Source: Eledone cirrhosa (Eukaryota). Taken from it: 64,000 nucleotides of DNA. Shown one piece after another: positions 1 through 12,300 of this stretch (within the stretch, counting starts at the first letter, position 1; every line of letters begins with the position of its first letter). The stretch spans positions 43,462,001 to 43,526,000 of the forward strand of contig OZ024743.1 of assembly GCA_964016885.1 (NCBI GenBank). The letters run 5' to 3'. The notes beneath the pieces are model-generated. The model saw only the letters and a program-made list of their open reading frames with translations, did not search any database and was not told the origin of the DNA. The position numbers were made by a program, and so were the translations under genes.

Positions 1-192
1 GCGTACACACATGTACACACATACACACACATACACACACCTATATATATATATTATATATATATGTATATATATATGTGTGTGTGTGTGTGTGTCTGAT
101 TGTATTTGTGCATGTGCGTGCGCGAGTGTATATACGATAGAAATATTTTTTCATACATAATATATGAAATTATCTATTGTAAATATGCATGG

Positions 193-243
<51 letters not shown>

Positions 244-499
244 TATCTGTATATAGTCATATATAAGTAAACGGATACACGTTGATACTTTAGTGTAGAG
301 TTTGTGTCGAGTGTATCGATACTTCAGTGAAGTTATATCTCTTTTTCTTCCTCTATCCTCACCGCACATTCCTTCACGAATTTCCACCAAATATTTATCA
401 AATGACACTAAAAACATGTTTAAAAGCGGATAAATGTCCCTTATATTGGAGGGGAATTACCTATTTCTTCTCTGTTTCATATATATATATATATATATA

Positions 500-571
<72 letters not shown>

Positions 572-1994
572 GTATATATAAATATATATATATATAGATA
601 TATAGATATAGATATATTATTACTATTATTATTATTATTATTATTAGTAGTAGTAGTAGTAGTATTTATTTCTCCTAACTTTAAATTTACACCTAATTGT
701 GTATGGTTGACGGTATATTTAGTCAGTTTCTACATGCTGTTGAAATGTTGGGTAAATACCCCATTGGGGTCAACCGCGAAAAGGCCGCTTTCGGTTATTT
801 ATCAAATATTTCTTCATAGGAGCCTTTATTCTTATAGTCTGGTCTAATTGATTTTTTATATAGTTAACTATGCTAATTGGGAGAGGAATGGTATATATTT
901 TATCTAATAATTCTAAGGACATGATTTATGATATATTGCTCTGATTATTTAATTTATTAATTCTTCATTGAGCCACATCGTGACCGGTTGCCACATATAT
1001 ATCTGTGACTTTATGTATATGTAAATCTTTATATATATATATATATACATATATATACATATATATAGAGATAGATAGATAGATAGATATAGATATAGAC
1101 AGTTAGATATACAAGACCATATCAATATGATTAACGATATGATGGAATCTCAGATTTCAAATTTGCAACACATAAAACAGGTTTTATAGGCTGGAATACG
1201 TAGAACGTAAACTCGCTCTAATTAATCCGATATCTTTTATTTTTTAAATAATTTCTGTACCAAAACATTTCCGTTATATCTTGAGAAACATGTCATTTAA
1301 CCATAACTTTCTGTTCGATAAGTTGCATTGACATAAAATATTGATTCGTTTTACTTTTTGGCGGACACTTGCAACTATCATCGTAATCTCGACTATTTAT
1401 TAGTATTTGGAATCCTACTTCATGTGAAGGATTATAGGCAAATCTATTTTTGACAGATTTTGCACACCGAACGATTAACTGAATAATCTTGTAAATATTA
1501 TGATTGCTTCATCTTATTAGATGGTCGCCGTCTTCTCAGAGACATTTTATATGATTGGATTATGAAATACGGACTCTTGCACGACACATATGCCACATGT
1601 TTAGTATACAGCGACAAGCTAAAGTAGGACGACCTGACACTATGATAATCGCCTTTTTATGTTTCAGAATTGTTTTTATATTTTCCAATAAGGGATATCC
1701 ATGACATACTAGAGATTGATTTTGGAGTGTTCCCTTCTGAGATTTACTATATATATATGTATGAATGAAGTAATTCCGTCGGAAAAGTCCAGGAAAAAAG
1801 AGTGTTCTATGTAGGTAACAGAGCTTAATAGTTATGTAATAAACAACATAGGGCAATTATTTCATTTACCAGTGGTTTCTCACAAGCAAAAATAAATTGC
1901 TTTCAATCATCAGAATCAAAAAATTCTGGTTTATTTATTGACGTTGGATTTACCCATTTGCATTGTCGAGGCTTCCAAACGACTTAAAGATATT

Positions 1995-2048
<54 letters not shown>

Positions 2049-2214
2049 TATATGGGATAACAAGCAACTTATCGTTATAGGTAATCCAGGTAGAGGCTGT
2101 GTGTGCTCTGCGTCGTGGATAGTTTTAACGTACGGCTTTTTTTGACTCAACAAGATGCTTCCATAGTTGTGCAGCGAGTTCGCGGTAATTTTTATGATAG
2201 TTAAACTTGGAGTA

Positions 2215-4010
2215 ATAATAGTTAAAGAATGGTCGGCGTTACAATAAGGGCTTTATTTAAACTACTGACAATTGTTTCGTTGATTATGTAGGTATAGAGT
2301 TTGCTAATCGCTTGATGTTGCGTTATTCGATCTCCAATACATTATTCACCTATGATCAACACGTCAGAGCATGGAAATATGAAAATAATTCACTCGAAAA
2401 ATACCGTATAATTAAAACAATAACATCAATAATAAAATAGTGTATAATATAAACAATAACATCAATAATAATACATGTATGGTAAATAGGTAGAGAAGTT
2501 ACAGACGTAAGAAACAAAAGTAGAGTGAAAGATAAGGTACATAAAAAAAGTAAGAAAATAAGAGAATGGAAAATATAAAGAGATAAATAAATAAATAAAT
2601 AAATAAGTAAGATCGTCTAAGTACATAGTAGTAGTTTTTGAGTAAGTTTTCTGTGGCGGGAAGCTAGATTTGCGATGTACATAGATATGTGTAGAGGGTC
2701 CGATAAAAGAGACAATAAATTAGAGATTAATTGCTGGATGTATGTATGATATTTATGGGCTGGGGATGACTGGACATTTGATAAACGCTTGTTGTAAATG
2801 TTTTGCTGATTGTTCTATCTTAATGGGATTGATGTTGTTTCAGAGATTTATGATCCAGTGTCCAATTGGCCGTTTGATAGCTAATAGCAGTGCGATGGTG
2901 TGTATTCTATATGTCAAAATATAGGTGGTTCAGTACTAATTTAGGAATTGGCGGTTCAATTCATGGTGGTTTAAAGTTTGTGAATCTAGTAGCTATCTTA
3001 TGTCTACAGAAAATAGATCTTTCTATTTTGCTGGTAAGAAGCATCCCATCGTACCATAAAATATGTAGTAGTTCTAAATTACAAAGCCCGCAGTGGGATA
3101 TACCGTTGCTGTAGGCTTTCGCTACCGATAATTTTGACCAGCTAATCTTATATTCTAGGTTTCTGTCATTAAATTGCCACTTTTATTGGCGCGCGTCGTA
3201 GAGTTCTGCAGTGCACAGTTCTTCATGGAGTGTCTGTGGACGTACCACCTTTTCTTAAACGCCACAGACGTGGAACCTCTGTAGTGCCTGGTAGAATTGC
3301 CTGAATTCACAGTACACCGGTATACTATACTTGAATCCAGGCATCTATTCTGTAGTGGGCACTTATCCGGTAGGTGGCAATTACAATTTGAGGTTTTATT
3401 TTGTGCAGGTTCATCGTTGCGGTTTTGTAAGTTTGTGTGGGTGGGTTGTGATTTAGGCCTATTAATGTTTTGTTGTGATGTCTTCCGATGCGTTTGTGGT
3501 TGTGATGTTGTTATGTGTTTGTGTTTTGTATTTGGTGTCATGGTGCGTATTGGTAGAGATATTTTTGTGGTTGATCTCACGTATGTGCGATTCTATGCTG
3601 GCTGCAGTAGAGTAGTAAAGTTTTATAGTTTTTCTATTAAAGATTTTATGGTATTTGTGTTATGCAGAGAAGTGCTTATCTGTGAGTTTAAAGAATGTAG
3701 AAGGTAGTTTAGTTTTTATAGAGGAGTTGAATATTGGATGGAACCATAGGTACTTTCTATCTCTGGATCTTCTATAGTTGTTGTAGGTCCTTATATTAGT
3801 GTTATGTTCAGTTATTTTTGGTGTTCGTTGTCTAACTCTATGTTTAGTCCTATGCTTGTTATTTCTATATGAGTGGGTAGTGATGCTGTTGTTAGGTTTG
3901 TTATTGTTGTCTCTATCTAGTATGTATTCGAGTTTCCCTTTATGTCCAGCCTTATGGAAAGCTATGTTATAATAGATTTTAACATATAGAATATAAGCCA
4001 TCGCACTGTA
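2215..4010 (-). mobile_element. 5'-truncated, decayed Naiad-like Penelope-like element (RT C-terminus/linker, GIY-YIG endonuclease, 3' UTR)
   Basis: ORF 3155-3580 has CNC..KCPL.NRCLDSSIVYRC...YRGST..FKKRWYVH; ORF 3660-4001 has YNIAFHKAGHK and LWFHPIFN. Both match the Naiad-like copies at 44-45 kb and 49.6-50.8 kb. Confidence 0.8.
2263..2371 (-). ncRNA. Hammerhead-like ribozyme motif (core CUGACGU, long stem II, palindromic stem III CAAUUG)
   Basis: Minus strand reads tgct-CTGACGT-gttgatcat...ataatcaac-GAAA-caattg-TC-agta. Confidence 0.55.
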
Positions 4011-4074
4011 TTAGCTATCACACGGCGAACAGGTCACTGGAGCATAAATCTCTGAACATTTCTTTCACCCTCTC

Positions 4075-4724
4075 TCCCTGAAACAACACCAACCCCATTA
4101 AGATAAAACAATCAGCAAAGCATTTACAAAACGCGTTTATCAAATGTCCCGCCATCCCTAGCCCATAAATATCATACATAGATCCAGCAATTAATCTCTA
4201 ATGTATTGTCTCTTCTATGGGACCCTCTACACGAATCTATATACATCTCGAATCTAGTTTCCCACCAACGAATACTTGTAAGAACACTTACTCAAAAACT
4301 ACTACTATGTACTTACAAGCTCTCACTTATTTATTTATTTATCTCTTTATATTTTCCATTCTCTAATTTTCTTACTTTTTTATGTACCCTATCTTTATTC
4401 TACTTTTGTTTCTTACGTCTGTAACTTCTCTACCTATTTACCATACATGTATTAATATTGATGTTATTGTTTATATTATACGCTATTTTATTATTGATGT
4501 TATTGTTTTAATTATACGGTATTTTTCTATATAATCTTGCCTCGAGTGAATTATTTTCATATATACATACTCTGATGTGTTGACCATAGCTAAATAATGT
4601 ATTGGGGATCCAAACATCAAGCGATTAGCGAAATCTATATCCACATGATCAACGAAACAATTGTCAGTACTCTAAATAAAGCCCTTATTGTACAGCCAAC
4701 CATGTTAATCTTCATTCTTTAACT

Positions 4725-4730
<6 letters not shown>
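4075..4730 (+). mobile_element. Inverted copy of the 3' UTR of the 2215-4010 PLE (fold-back arm)
   Basis: Diverged reverse complement of ~2215-2830; ends at (TA)n. A further short inverted copy of its tip lies at 4785-4877. Confidence 0.85.
4568..4669 (+). ncRNA. Hammerhead-like ribozyme motif (core CUGAUGU)
   Basis: tact-CTGATGT-gttgaccat...atgatcaac-GAAA-caattg-TC-agta; stem I tact/agta pairs perfectly. Confidence 0.55.
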
Positions 4731-4790
<60 letters not shown>

Positions 4791-4874
4791 AGTTAAAGAA
4801 TGAAGATTAACATGGTTGGCTGTACAATAAGGGCTTTATTTAGAGTACTGACAATTGTTTCGTTGATCATGTGG

Positions 4875-4947
<73 letters not shown>

Positions 4948-4960
4948 TTTTAATATAGAT

Positions 4961-5012
4961 GAGATTCTACAGGACTAGAACTGTTTCATTCATTAGAAAT
5001 CATCAGGAATCT
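4961..5012 (-). ncRNA. Hammerhead ribozyme, canonical core (left arm)
   Basis: Reverse complement of the 5601-5651 motif. Confidence 0.75.
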
Positions 5013-5600
5013 GGGTATCAAAAAATAAAAATGGTATTTATAGGTCTCTACAAGTGGTAGGAGAGGGTGGGGAGTTGGATGGGTGTAGGTCATTGGTTGA
5101 TAGAAAAGGGAATTCATTAAAAGCTAATTCTACAAAGCTATAGTTTATTTTTATTTATTTATGTTTTTAGTAACAAGGGCAGACAGAATTCTATAAACAG
5201 GTTCCGGATGGCATACCATTCCTTGTCATTAAGTTTCCCTTAAGCTAACAGATGTCTATAAGATCAGTGGGGGGTCAGTCATTGTCGATAGAATTAAAGA
5301 AAAGGGAGATTCTTTAACTCTATCGACCATGACTGACCCCCCACTGATCTTATAGACATCTGTTAGCTTAAGGGAAACTTAATGACAAGGAATGGTATGC
5401 CATCCGGAACCTGTTTATAGAATTCTGTCTGCCCTTGTTACTCTAAAAACATAAATAAATAAAAATAAACTATAGCTTTGTAGAATTAGCTTTTAATGAA
5501 TTCCCTTTTCTATCAACCAATGATTTACACCCATACCACTCCCGACCCTCTCCTACCACTTGTAGAGACCTATAAATACCATTTTTATTTTTTGATACCC

Positions 5601-5651
5601 AGATTCCTGATGATTTCTAATGAATGAAACAGTTCTAGTCCTGTAGAATCT
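5601..5651 (+). ncRNA. Hammerhead ribozyme, canonical core (right arm)
   Basis: agattc-CTGATGA-tttctaatgaat-GAAA-cag ttctagtc ctg-TA-gaatct: stem I agattc/gaatct, stem III cag/ctg, GUA cleavage triplet. Confidence 0.8.
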
Positions 5652-5747
5652 CATCTATATTAAAACTTTTATACTCTGCTATGTATTGAGTACCTTACTT
5701 ACTGTGGTTACCTCCGATTCAACCCGGAATAACGTATATATATATAT

Positions 5748-5784
<37 letters not shown>

Positions 5785-5855
5785 CAGTATTTGTATATGT
5801 ATATATATACACACTACCGGGCATATTGATAGTGAAAAATGACTATATATATATA

Positions 5856-5946
<91 letters not shown>

Positions 5947-6144
5947 TTTTTTTCAACAGTTGAATATTGCAAACTTGACTGTCACCACTGAATATGAACC
6001 CGAAGTTTGCGAAAGCATGAAAGTACTTTTTCAATTAACACTTAACATTTAATATTCTAACATACTATTTCATTATAATATCATTAACACTTTAAGGGAT
6101 TGTAAATAAAACGAGTAAATCAGACAAAGTTGGAATTCGTTTTA

Positions 6145-6183
<39 letters not shown>

Positions 6184-6480
6184 TTCATTCCTTTTTGTAT
6201 AATCGATTAGTCTATGTTATAACATATATATACTACAAAAAATCTCAGCATTACAATCAATATTTCAAAACTTTCTCTCTATAGAGAATACGTTTGCATG
6301 TGAGTGTGTGTTTGAGTGTGCATACGTTTCGACTTGTACATAAGTGACTACTCCTAGGTGTAAGTTGAAGCGTATGCACTCTCAACCACACGCGCACATG
6401 TAAACACACACACACATATATATACATCTAAATATATATAAATATATGTGTGTGTATGTATATACCTATGTATGAATATA

Positions 6481-6577
<97 letters not shown>

Positions 6578-6579
<2 letters not shown>

Positions 6580-7132
6580 TTATAAGTCGTTTGGAAGCCT
6601 CGACAATGCAAATGGGTAAATCTCCGGGTAACAAGGTCCGGTAGTGGAGAGAGAGATATGTAAGTGGGTGTACGTTGAGATGCGTGGTGTGTATAAGATG
6701 TGTGAGATGTGTAGAATGAAGGGAAGAGTAAAAGGGTAAAAATAATAATAACAACACAAGAATAATAATATCAACAAACAGCGAAAGACGCGTTCCGAGT
6801 TGTCCGACAGACAACCTTTTCCCCCACCCCGGAAAAAAAACCCCAGTTGATGGATGTGAATCCGAAATATATAGGGACTATTAAATCTCTCCCAAGGTAA
6901 CTCTCTCTCTTGTGTTGTTATTACTATTTTTACCCTTTTACTCTTCACTTCATTCTACACATCTCACACATCTTATAGACACCACGCATCTCAACGTACA
7001 CCCACTTACATATCTCTCTCTCCACCACCGGACCTTGTTACCCGGAGATTTACCCATTTGCATTGTCGAGGCTTCCAAACGACTTATAAATATTTACTTA
7101 TTGTTCCACAATACTTCAAGCAAACTTCAATA

Positions 7133-7140
<8 letters not shown>
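6578..7140. repeat. Fold-back element in (TA)n: ~183-bp inverted arms with ~145-bp spacer, likely a PLE tail
   Basis: 6578-6761 is the reverse complement of 6908-7092; the right side extends ~45 nt to (TA)n. A short copy of the arm tip is at ~1947-1990. Confidence 0.75.
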
Positions 7141-7174
<34 letters not shown>

Positions 7175-7313
7175 GAATGTTTAATCAACGAAAGAGAGGA
7201 AAAAGGAAAGATAGGCGATACATATATTTATATGCCAATAGCTTGTGCAGACGTGCTCAATACTCGTGCCTACATGGCTAGATATTAGAAGCGTTAATAT
7301 TTGGTGGGTGATA

Positions 7314-7353
7314 AGCCTTGATAAGACCATTCCGGGCGAAACATACGTAGGTG
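7314..7353 (+). ncRNA. Degenerate minimal hammerhead (U3-A8 core variant) in a PLE-like terminal fragment (~7170-7410)
   Basis: gcc-TTGATAA-gaccattccgggc-GAAA-catacg-TA-ggt; homologous to 62270-62480. Confidence 0.55.
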
Positions 7354-7674
7354 TACTGTTATATAAACATGTTTTAACGGTTTTAAACTCCTTGTATTCA
7401 TTTCTTTTATATATATATATATATATATTACATTTTTGTAGAGGGTGAAGGGGTCCAGAACAAAATACAGACTGCCCTGTGGAAATACATAGCGATAGGA
7501 TGTCATTTAGAGTAAGGGTACAAATGAAAACACGGAAAATGTATGGCTTCTGTGCACTTTCCTAGAAAAGGTTTCAGTTTATCAATTATGACAGTCACAT
7601 ACACACACCAATGATGCCAATAGCTTCGATCATCAAATTCCTGATGTGTATTACTGCCTTCATATATAAATATA

Positions 7675-7849
7675 ATATAGTATATAGGAACTAGAATGAG
7701 AAGTGTGAAGTTAAAGAAGAATGGAAAGATAACATTTGACAAGTGGATAGATAGATAAAAAATTTGTATCCGTCTAACCACTTCTCAAATTTTATCTTTC
7801 CATTCTTCTTTAATTTCACACTTCTCATTCTAGTTCCTATATACTATAT
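7675..7849. repeat. Short palindrome (~83-bp arms) next to a TA/microsatellite tract
   Basis: atatagtatataggaactagaatgagaagtgtg... is the reverse complement of ...cacacttctcattctagttcctatatactatat. Confidence 0.8.
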
Positions 7850-7916
7850 ATATATATATATGTATATATACACATATCTCTCTCTCTCTATATATATATA
7901 TATACACACATATATA

Positions 7917-8020
<104 letters not shown>

Positions 8021-8084
8021 GCGAGGTTTTTTATATGAAATCGTGTGTCGAAAAATAAAAAAAATAAAAAATAAAAATAAATAA

Positions 8085-8400
8085 AATAAATAAATAAATG
8101 AATAAATAAACAGACTAAATAAAGATGGCGTAGGCATACAATACAACGGGAGGAAACATAATGGCACCACTGACGGTGCTGCAGATGTGCAACGAAAGAA
8201 CTTTGTTAGACTATATATATGTGTTTGTGTCTATATTGTATTTGTATTTTTGACCGTTGGTCAGTCAATGGTAACATTGAGGACCGAATAAATAAAGTTA
8301 ACCGATATAAAATACACAGAAGCAAAAACCAACAAAACATTGAGTGTGTTCTGTGATTAAATCTGGCAATATTATTACACAAATATGACCCTCCCCAAGT
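8085..8400 (+). mobile_element. Solo 3' end of the PLE family present at 62655-64000
   Basis: Reverse complement of 62660-62950; ends at (TA)n. Confidence 0.7.
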
Positions 8401-8532
8401 ATATATATATATATTTATGTGTGTGTGTGTGTGTATGTGTGTGTGTGTGTCTGTGGTATGTGTGTGTGTGGGGGGGTGTATGTGTGTGTGTGTGTGTGGG
8501 TGTGTGTGTGTGTGTTTGGGTGTGTATATATA

Positions 8533-8568
<36 letters not shown>

Positions 8569-8639
8569 TATATATAAACGGGCGGAAGAATTTATAAGAG
8601 TCAACGGTCATCCAAAAGTGAGTAAATATATATATAGAC

Positions 8640-8939
8640 ATGTACCACGCGGTTAAACGACTGGGAGTGAATGACCCCTAGACTTTGAAGGGGCAATCTT
8701 GTAGGAGAAGGCAATTCTGGAAACTGGGATAACTCCGATATAAAACCTAAGGCTCAGTAGTTACCGATGATGTTGATCTTTTCTTATTTTTCGGTTATAG
8801 TTACTGTCGCTCAGAGAGTGTGATTGGCCGAGTTCACAGTCTATTCCACATTTTAAAACATATTTTCACGCACAGGCATTGCACGATAGAAAAAAAATGT
8901 ATATCATGCAATGGGCATACTCGATAACGTGGGGGCACT

Positions 8940-8943
<4 letters not shown>
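8640..8943 (+). mobile_element. Possible RTE-related SINE or 5' UTR fragment
   Basis: gggcaatcttgtaggagaaggcaattctgg...ctccgatataaaacc resembles a conserved RTE 5'-region motif (from recall); ends in catcat then (TA)n. Confidence 0.35.
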
Positions 8944-8999
<56 letters not shown>

Positions 9000-9014
9000 A
9001 TATATAAATATAAT

Positions 9015-9310
9015 GGTAAAGACGCGATTAGTCTCGAATGACGATGGAATTTGCGCCTAGAAAGTTAGGTCTCGGATGAACAAGTCCGGACAAATTTGTT
9101 TGTGGAAGAACAGCTATCACATTTCCATGCCACCGATATTGTCGAAAGGAATGGGAATGAACGAAACAAATAATTTCTACAGCTGACTAAATTGGAGCGA
9201 GGTGAAAAAAAGTGTCTTGCTCAAGATCGGAAGGTATCACCAGGTACGAGAAACGAACTCACAACCACATGATTAGAAACCTAATGCTCTAACCACTAAG
9301 ACAAGTGGAT
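9015..9310 (-). mobile_element. Decayed tRNA-derived SINE
   Basis: Minus strand has an A-box-like tagtggttagagc, a B-box-like gagttcgtttc and a cttgagcaagacac core; tail similar to 55650-55762 and 55990-56095. Confidence 0.65.
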
Positions 9311-9324
9311 TTATATATATATAT

Positions 9325-9366
<42 letters not shown>

Positions 9367-9367
<1 letters not shown>

Positions 9368-12300
9368 CTTTCTTTATTAACCACAAGAGTTTACATAAAG
9401 TAGGCATTAAGGACAGTGCAGGACAATACAGGACGGTACAAATGGACATTTCTGCGTGTAAAAAAACAGAGGATGTAATAAAAATAACAATGAAAAATTC
9501 CCCAATGGGGGGGGGAGACTTCCGAGGAACATTTGTGGAGAAAGACCATTAAAAGGCCACAGTGACCCTTACCACCAGGGCAAGTGCCCGCTCCCAGTTT
9601 TCCACCTTTAATTCCAAGATACGTACTCAGAGTAGGCCCATTCACTCGAGCCATATTTGCAACTCTCACCCATCTTTCAACAAAATGCTGGGAAGAGAGC
9701 ACTTTCCTCTCTACCCTGATTTTCCTTTTCAAATGAAATTTGAAAAGGTTAATTAGGGCATCACCGAAGAGGTAAGTGCTCGTCTTCAGCCCTTTCAAAC
9801 GTGTCCACCATACTATCTCTTTAGCCATGGCCACCAGAGAGATAAAAACTGCCTGCCCTTCCCGGCTAATGGAAGAGGGCGGGGCAATCCTCACGATGTC
9901 TCAGCTGATAGCTGGATCCATCTTACACGTGACAGCAGGTGTTCGACATAAACCCACAAGTCAGCAATGCTTGGACACTGGACGAGTGCGTGCAGGACGG
10001 TTTCGTCGCCCTGTGCGCATCTCGGACATGCCCGGCTGACGACACCTCCATGCCTGTAGAGTTTATCCCGAACTGGCAAAACTCCTCGGTAGCACTGCCA
10101 GGCCAGGGATTTCTGGAGGTTGTCCATAGGCCCCGGCCCGAATGTCCTTCCTAAAAGATTGGCTAGTAGATTTTCGTCGACGCCTAGAGTTTCTCCAAGT
10201 ACATCGTCGCTCTTCCCCTCCACTAATCCTCTATAGAACGACAAGGTTGAGTTTCCACCGATCACATTGCCCGATTGGTCGAGGGCTGTGAGCGCCTGAA
10301 GACATTCCATTCTCCAAGCGCTCCCTCTCGGTCTTCGTTTGACCCAGGGGCAGCTCCGTCAAGGAGACGAGCTGGGGAAAGGCGTGTCTAGCAAACGGTG
10401 ACCACACCTGATCACCGCCGGGGAAGAGGTGGAGATGTCGTTCCTGAGCACGTGTCTGCGCATCATCAGCCACGGTATGCCCAGCCCTCCATGTAGCGGG
10501 TGTTGACAGCAGATGGACCGCCTGTCCATCGGAGCGCGTCCCTTCCACAAAAAGCGAAAGAGCAAACGCTCCAACGCAGTCAGGCGGGGCTTAGTACAAG
10601 GTACGACGGTCAGGCGGTAATAGATGACGGACGCGATGTACGCGTTGGCCAACTCCGCTCGACCTTTCAGGGATAGCCTTTTCTGGGTGAGAGAAGCCAC
10701 CCTGCCCATCACCGTGTCCCAGTTTTTTGTCCGTCTGGAGGTCCGGACCGAACCAGACCCCTAGCAATTTAACCGGTCCGTCCGTCCAGCGCCCGACGAC
10801 GCTGTTAGACGGCATGGACCTGCCGGACCAAGAGGGACGAGAGGGGACATCCTTGGCAGACCGAGCGCATGATGTTGAACGGTTCCAAAAGGTGACCTTC
10901 ACTCTCACCACAGAGCAGATGTCGCTGTGCATGGCAGCGACCCAGCCTCTGAAGACCGGCCCAAAGCCAGCCGCCCTCAGGATTGCCGCTAGGTAACGAT
11001 GGTCGATCCTATCGAAAGTTTCGACTGATGTAAATTGACCATGGACCCACCCGTGCCAGGTTCTCTACGATGTATCGCATGAGGTGGAGATTGTCGTGGA
11101 TGGATCTGTCGGCAATGGCGCAAGTCTGCGCCTCTCCCACCAGACCACCAACGACAAGCGCCAACCTCTTTGCTAGCACCTTGGCCAAAATCTTGAACTC
11201 TGTGTTTAGCAGAGTTATGGGCCTGAAATGATCTATGTTATCCCCCTTGTTCGGATCCTATCTCAGTGGCGCCACAGCTGCTCGACTCACAGAGCTTGGA
11301 ATTCTCCCGTTCTGTTGCCAGTTGCAGTAGACGTCCGCCAAGAGGTCTCCGAACAAGTCTGGCATTTGTACGTAAAGTTCATAGGGCAGACCATCCAAAC
11401 CAGGCGATTTACCCCTTGTGCAGCCAGTGATTGCCGCCCGTATTTCAGCGGCGGTTATCGGCTTTTCGCAACACTCCGTCTCAGTGGCCGAGAGCCACGG
11501 CAGTCCGTCGAGGTAGACACTAAAGTCCATCCCTTGATCCGGCCCGCCGCTGCCCCCGAACAGCTTTGCGAAGTGTCGCTCAAAAGCTTCACACATTTGC
11601 CCGGGATCGAGTAGCATGCGCCTGTTGTGGTCCACCAAAGACCGGATCGTCGCTTTGTTGCCACGACGCGCTTCCGCCACTCGGGCCCATTGAACGGCTT
11701 TCGTCCCCTCGTGTTTGAGAGCACGCACCCTAGCTCTGACAACGCAGGCTTCGTGCTTTGCATTGAAGAATTGGTCAAGGGCCAATTTCGCCGCAAGTAC
11801 GTCGGTCGCGATGCCTTTGCTAAGGGCGTCGTCTAATTTTCTAACTAATTCTCCCTCTGCTCTATTTTTCTCTATTGATAAAGCCTTACTAAACCTAATG
11901 GATCTATTTTAATTGCTCTTTTCAGAGCAAACCACCACTTGTTGACGATGAAAACCGTCAACGCCCTCTTAACTAGTTCGCTAATCCGGTCTCTGTAGGC
12001 CTTGAGCGCTGGTAAGGACGCGTTTAGCTTCCAGTAGCCGGGTCGTCGTCTATGAAGCCTATCTAAGTCACGGACACAGATCATGAATTTGTGGTGCGTG
12101 TAGCTGACTATCTTGAATTGTGGACAGCCTATGCTAGACCTATCTATTTCCCTACAAAATACTCTATCTAGATATGAGATGGATGACACCATGCGATTTG
12201 TCCAAGTCCACATTGGTACATTCGGGAAATCCATTCGGTACCTGTCAGACAGTACAAAACGCCTGAGCAGGTTGGTGAGGCTCTTGCACCCTCCTCCCCT

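Larger units (their letters stand above)
4942..5733. mobile_element. Palindromic non-coding element, probably PLE-derived: ~360-bp arms, 8-nt loop, inserted in (TA)n
   Basis: 4942-5301 is a near-perfect reverse complement of 5310-5672. The right side extends ~60 nt further, then (TA)n. Each arm has a hammerhead motif. Confidence 0.8.

Noticed and set aside
6780-6815. Degenerate CTGTCGG..CGGAACGCGTC motif on the minus strand
   Set aside because: Too many core mismatches to call a ribozyme.
8165-8212. CTGACG..hairpin..GAAA hammerhead-like motif (also at 62830-62878, minus strand)
   Set aside because: Stem I and stem III do not pair convincingly.
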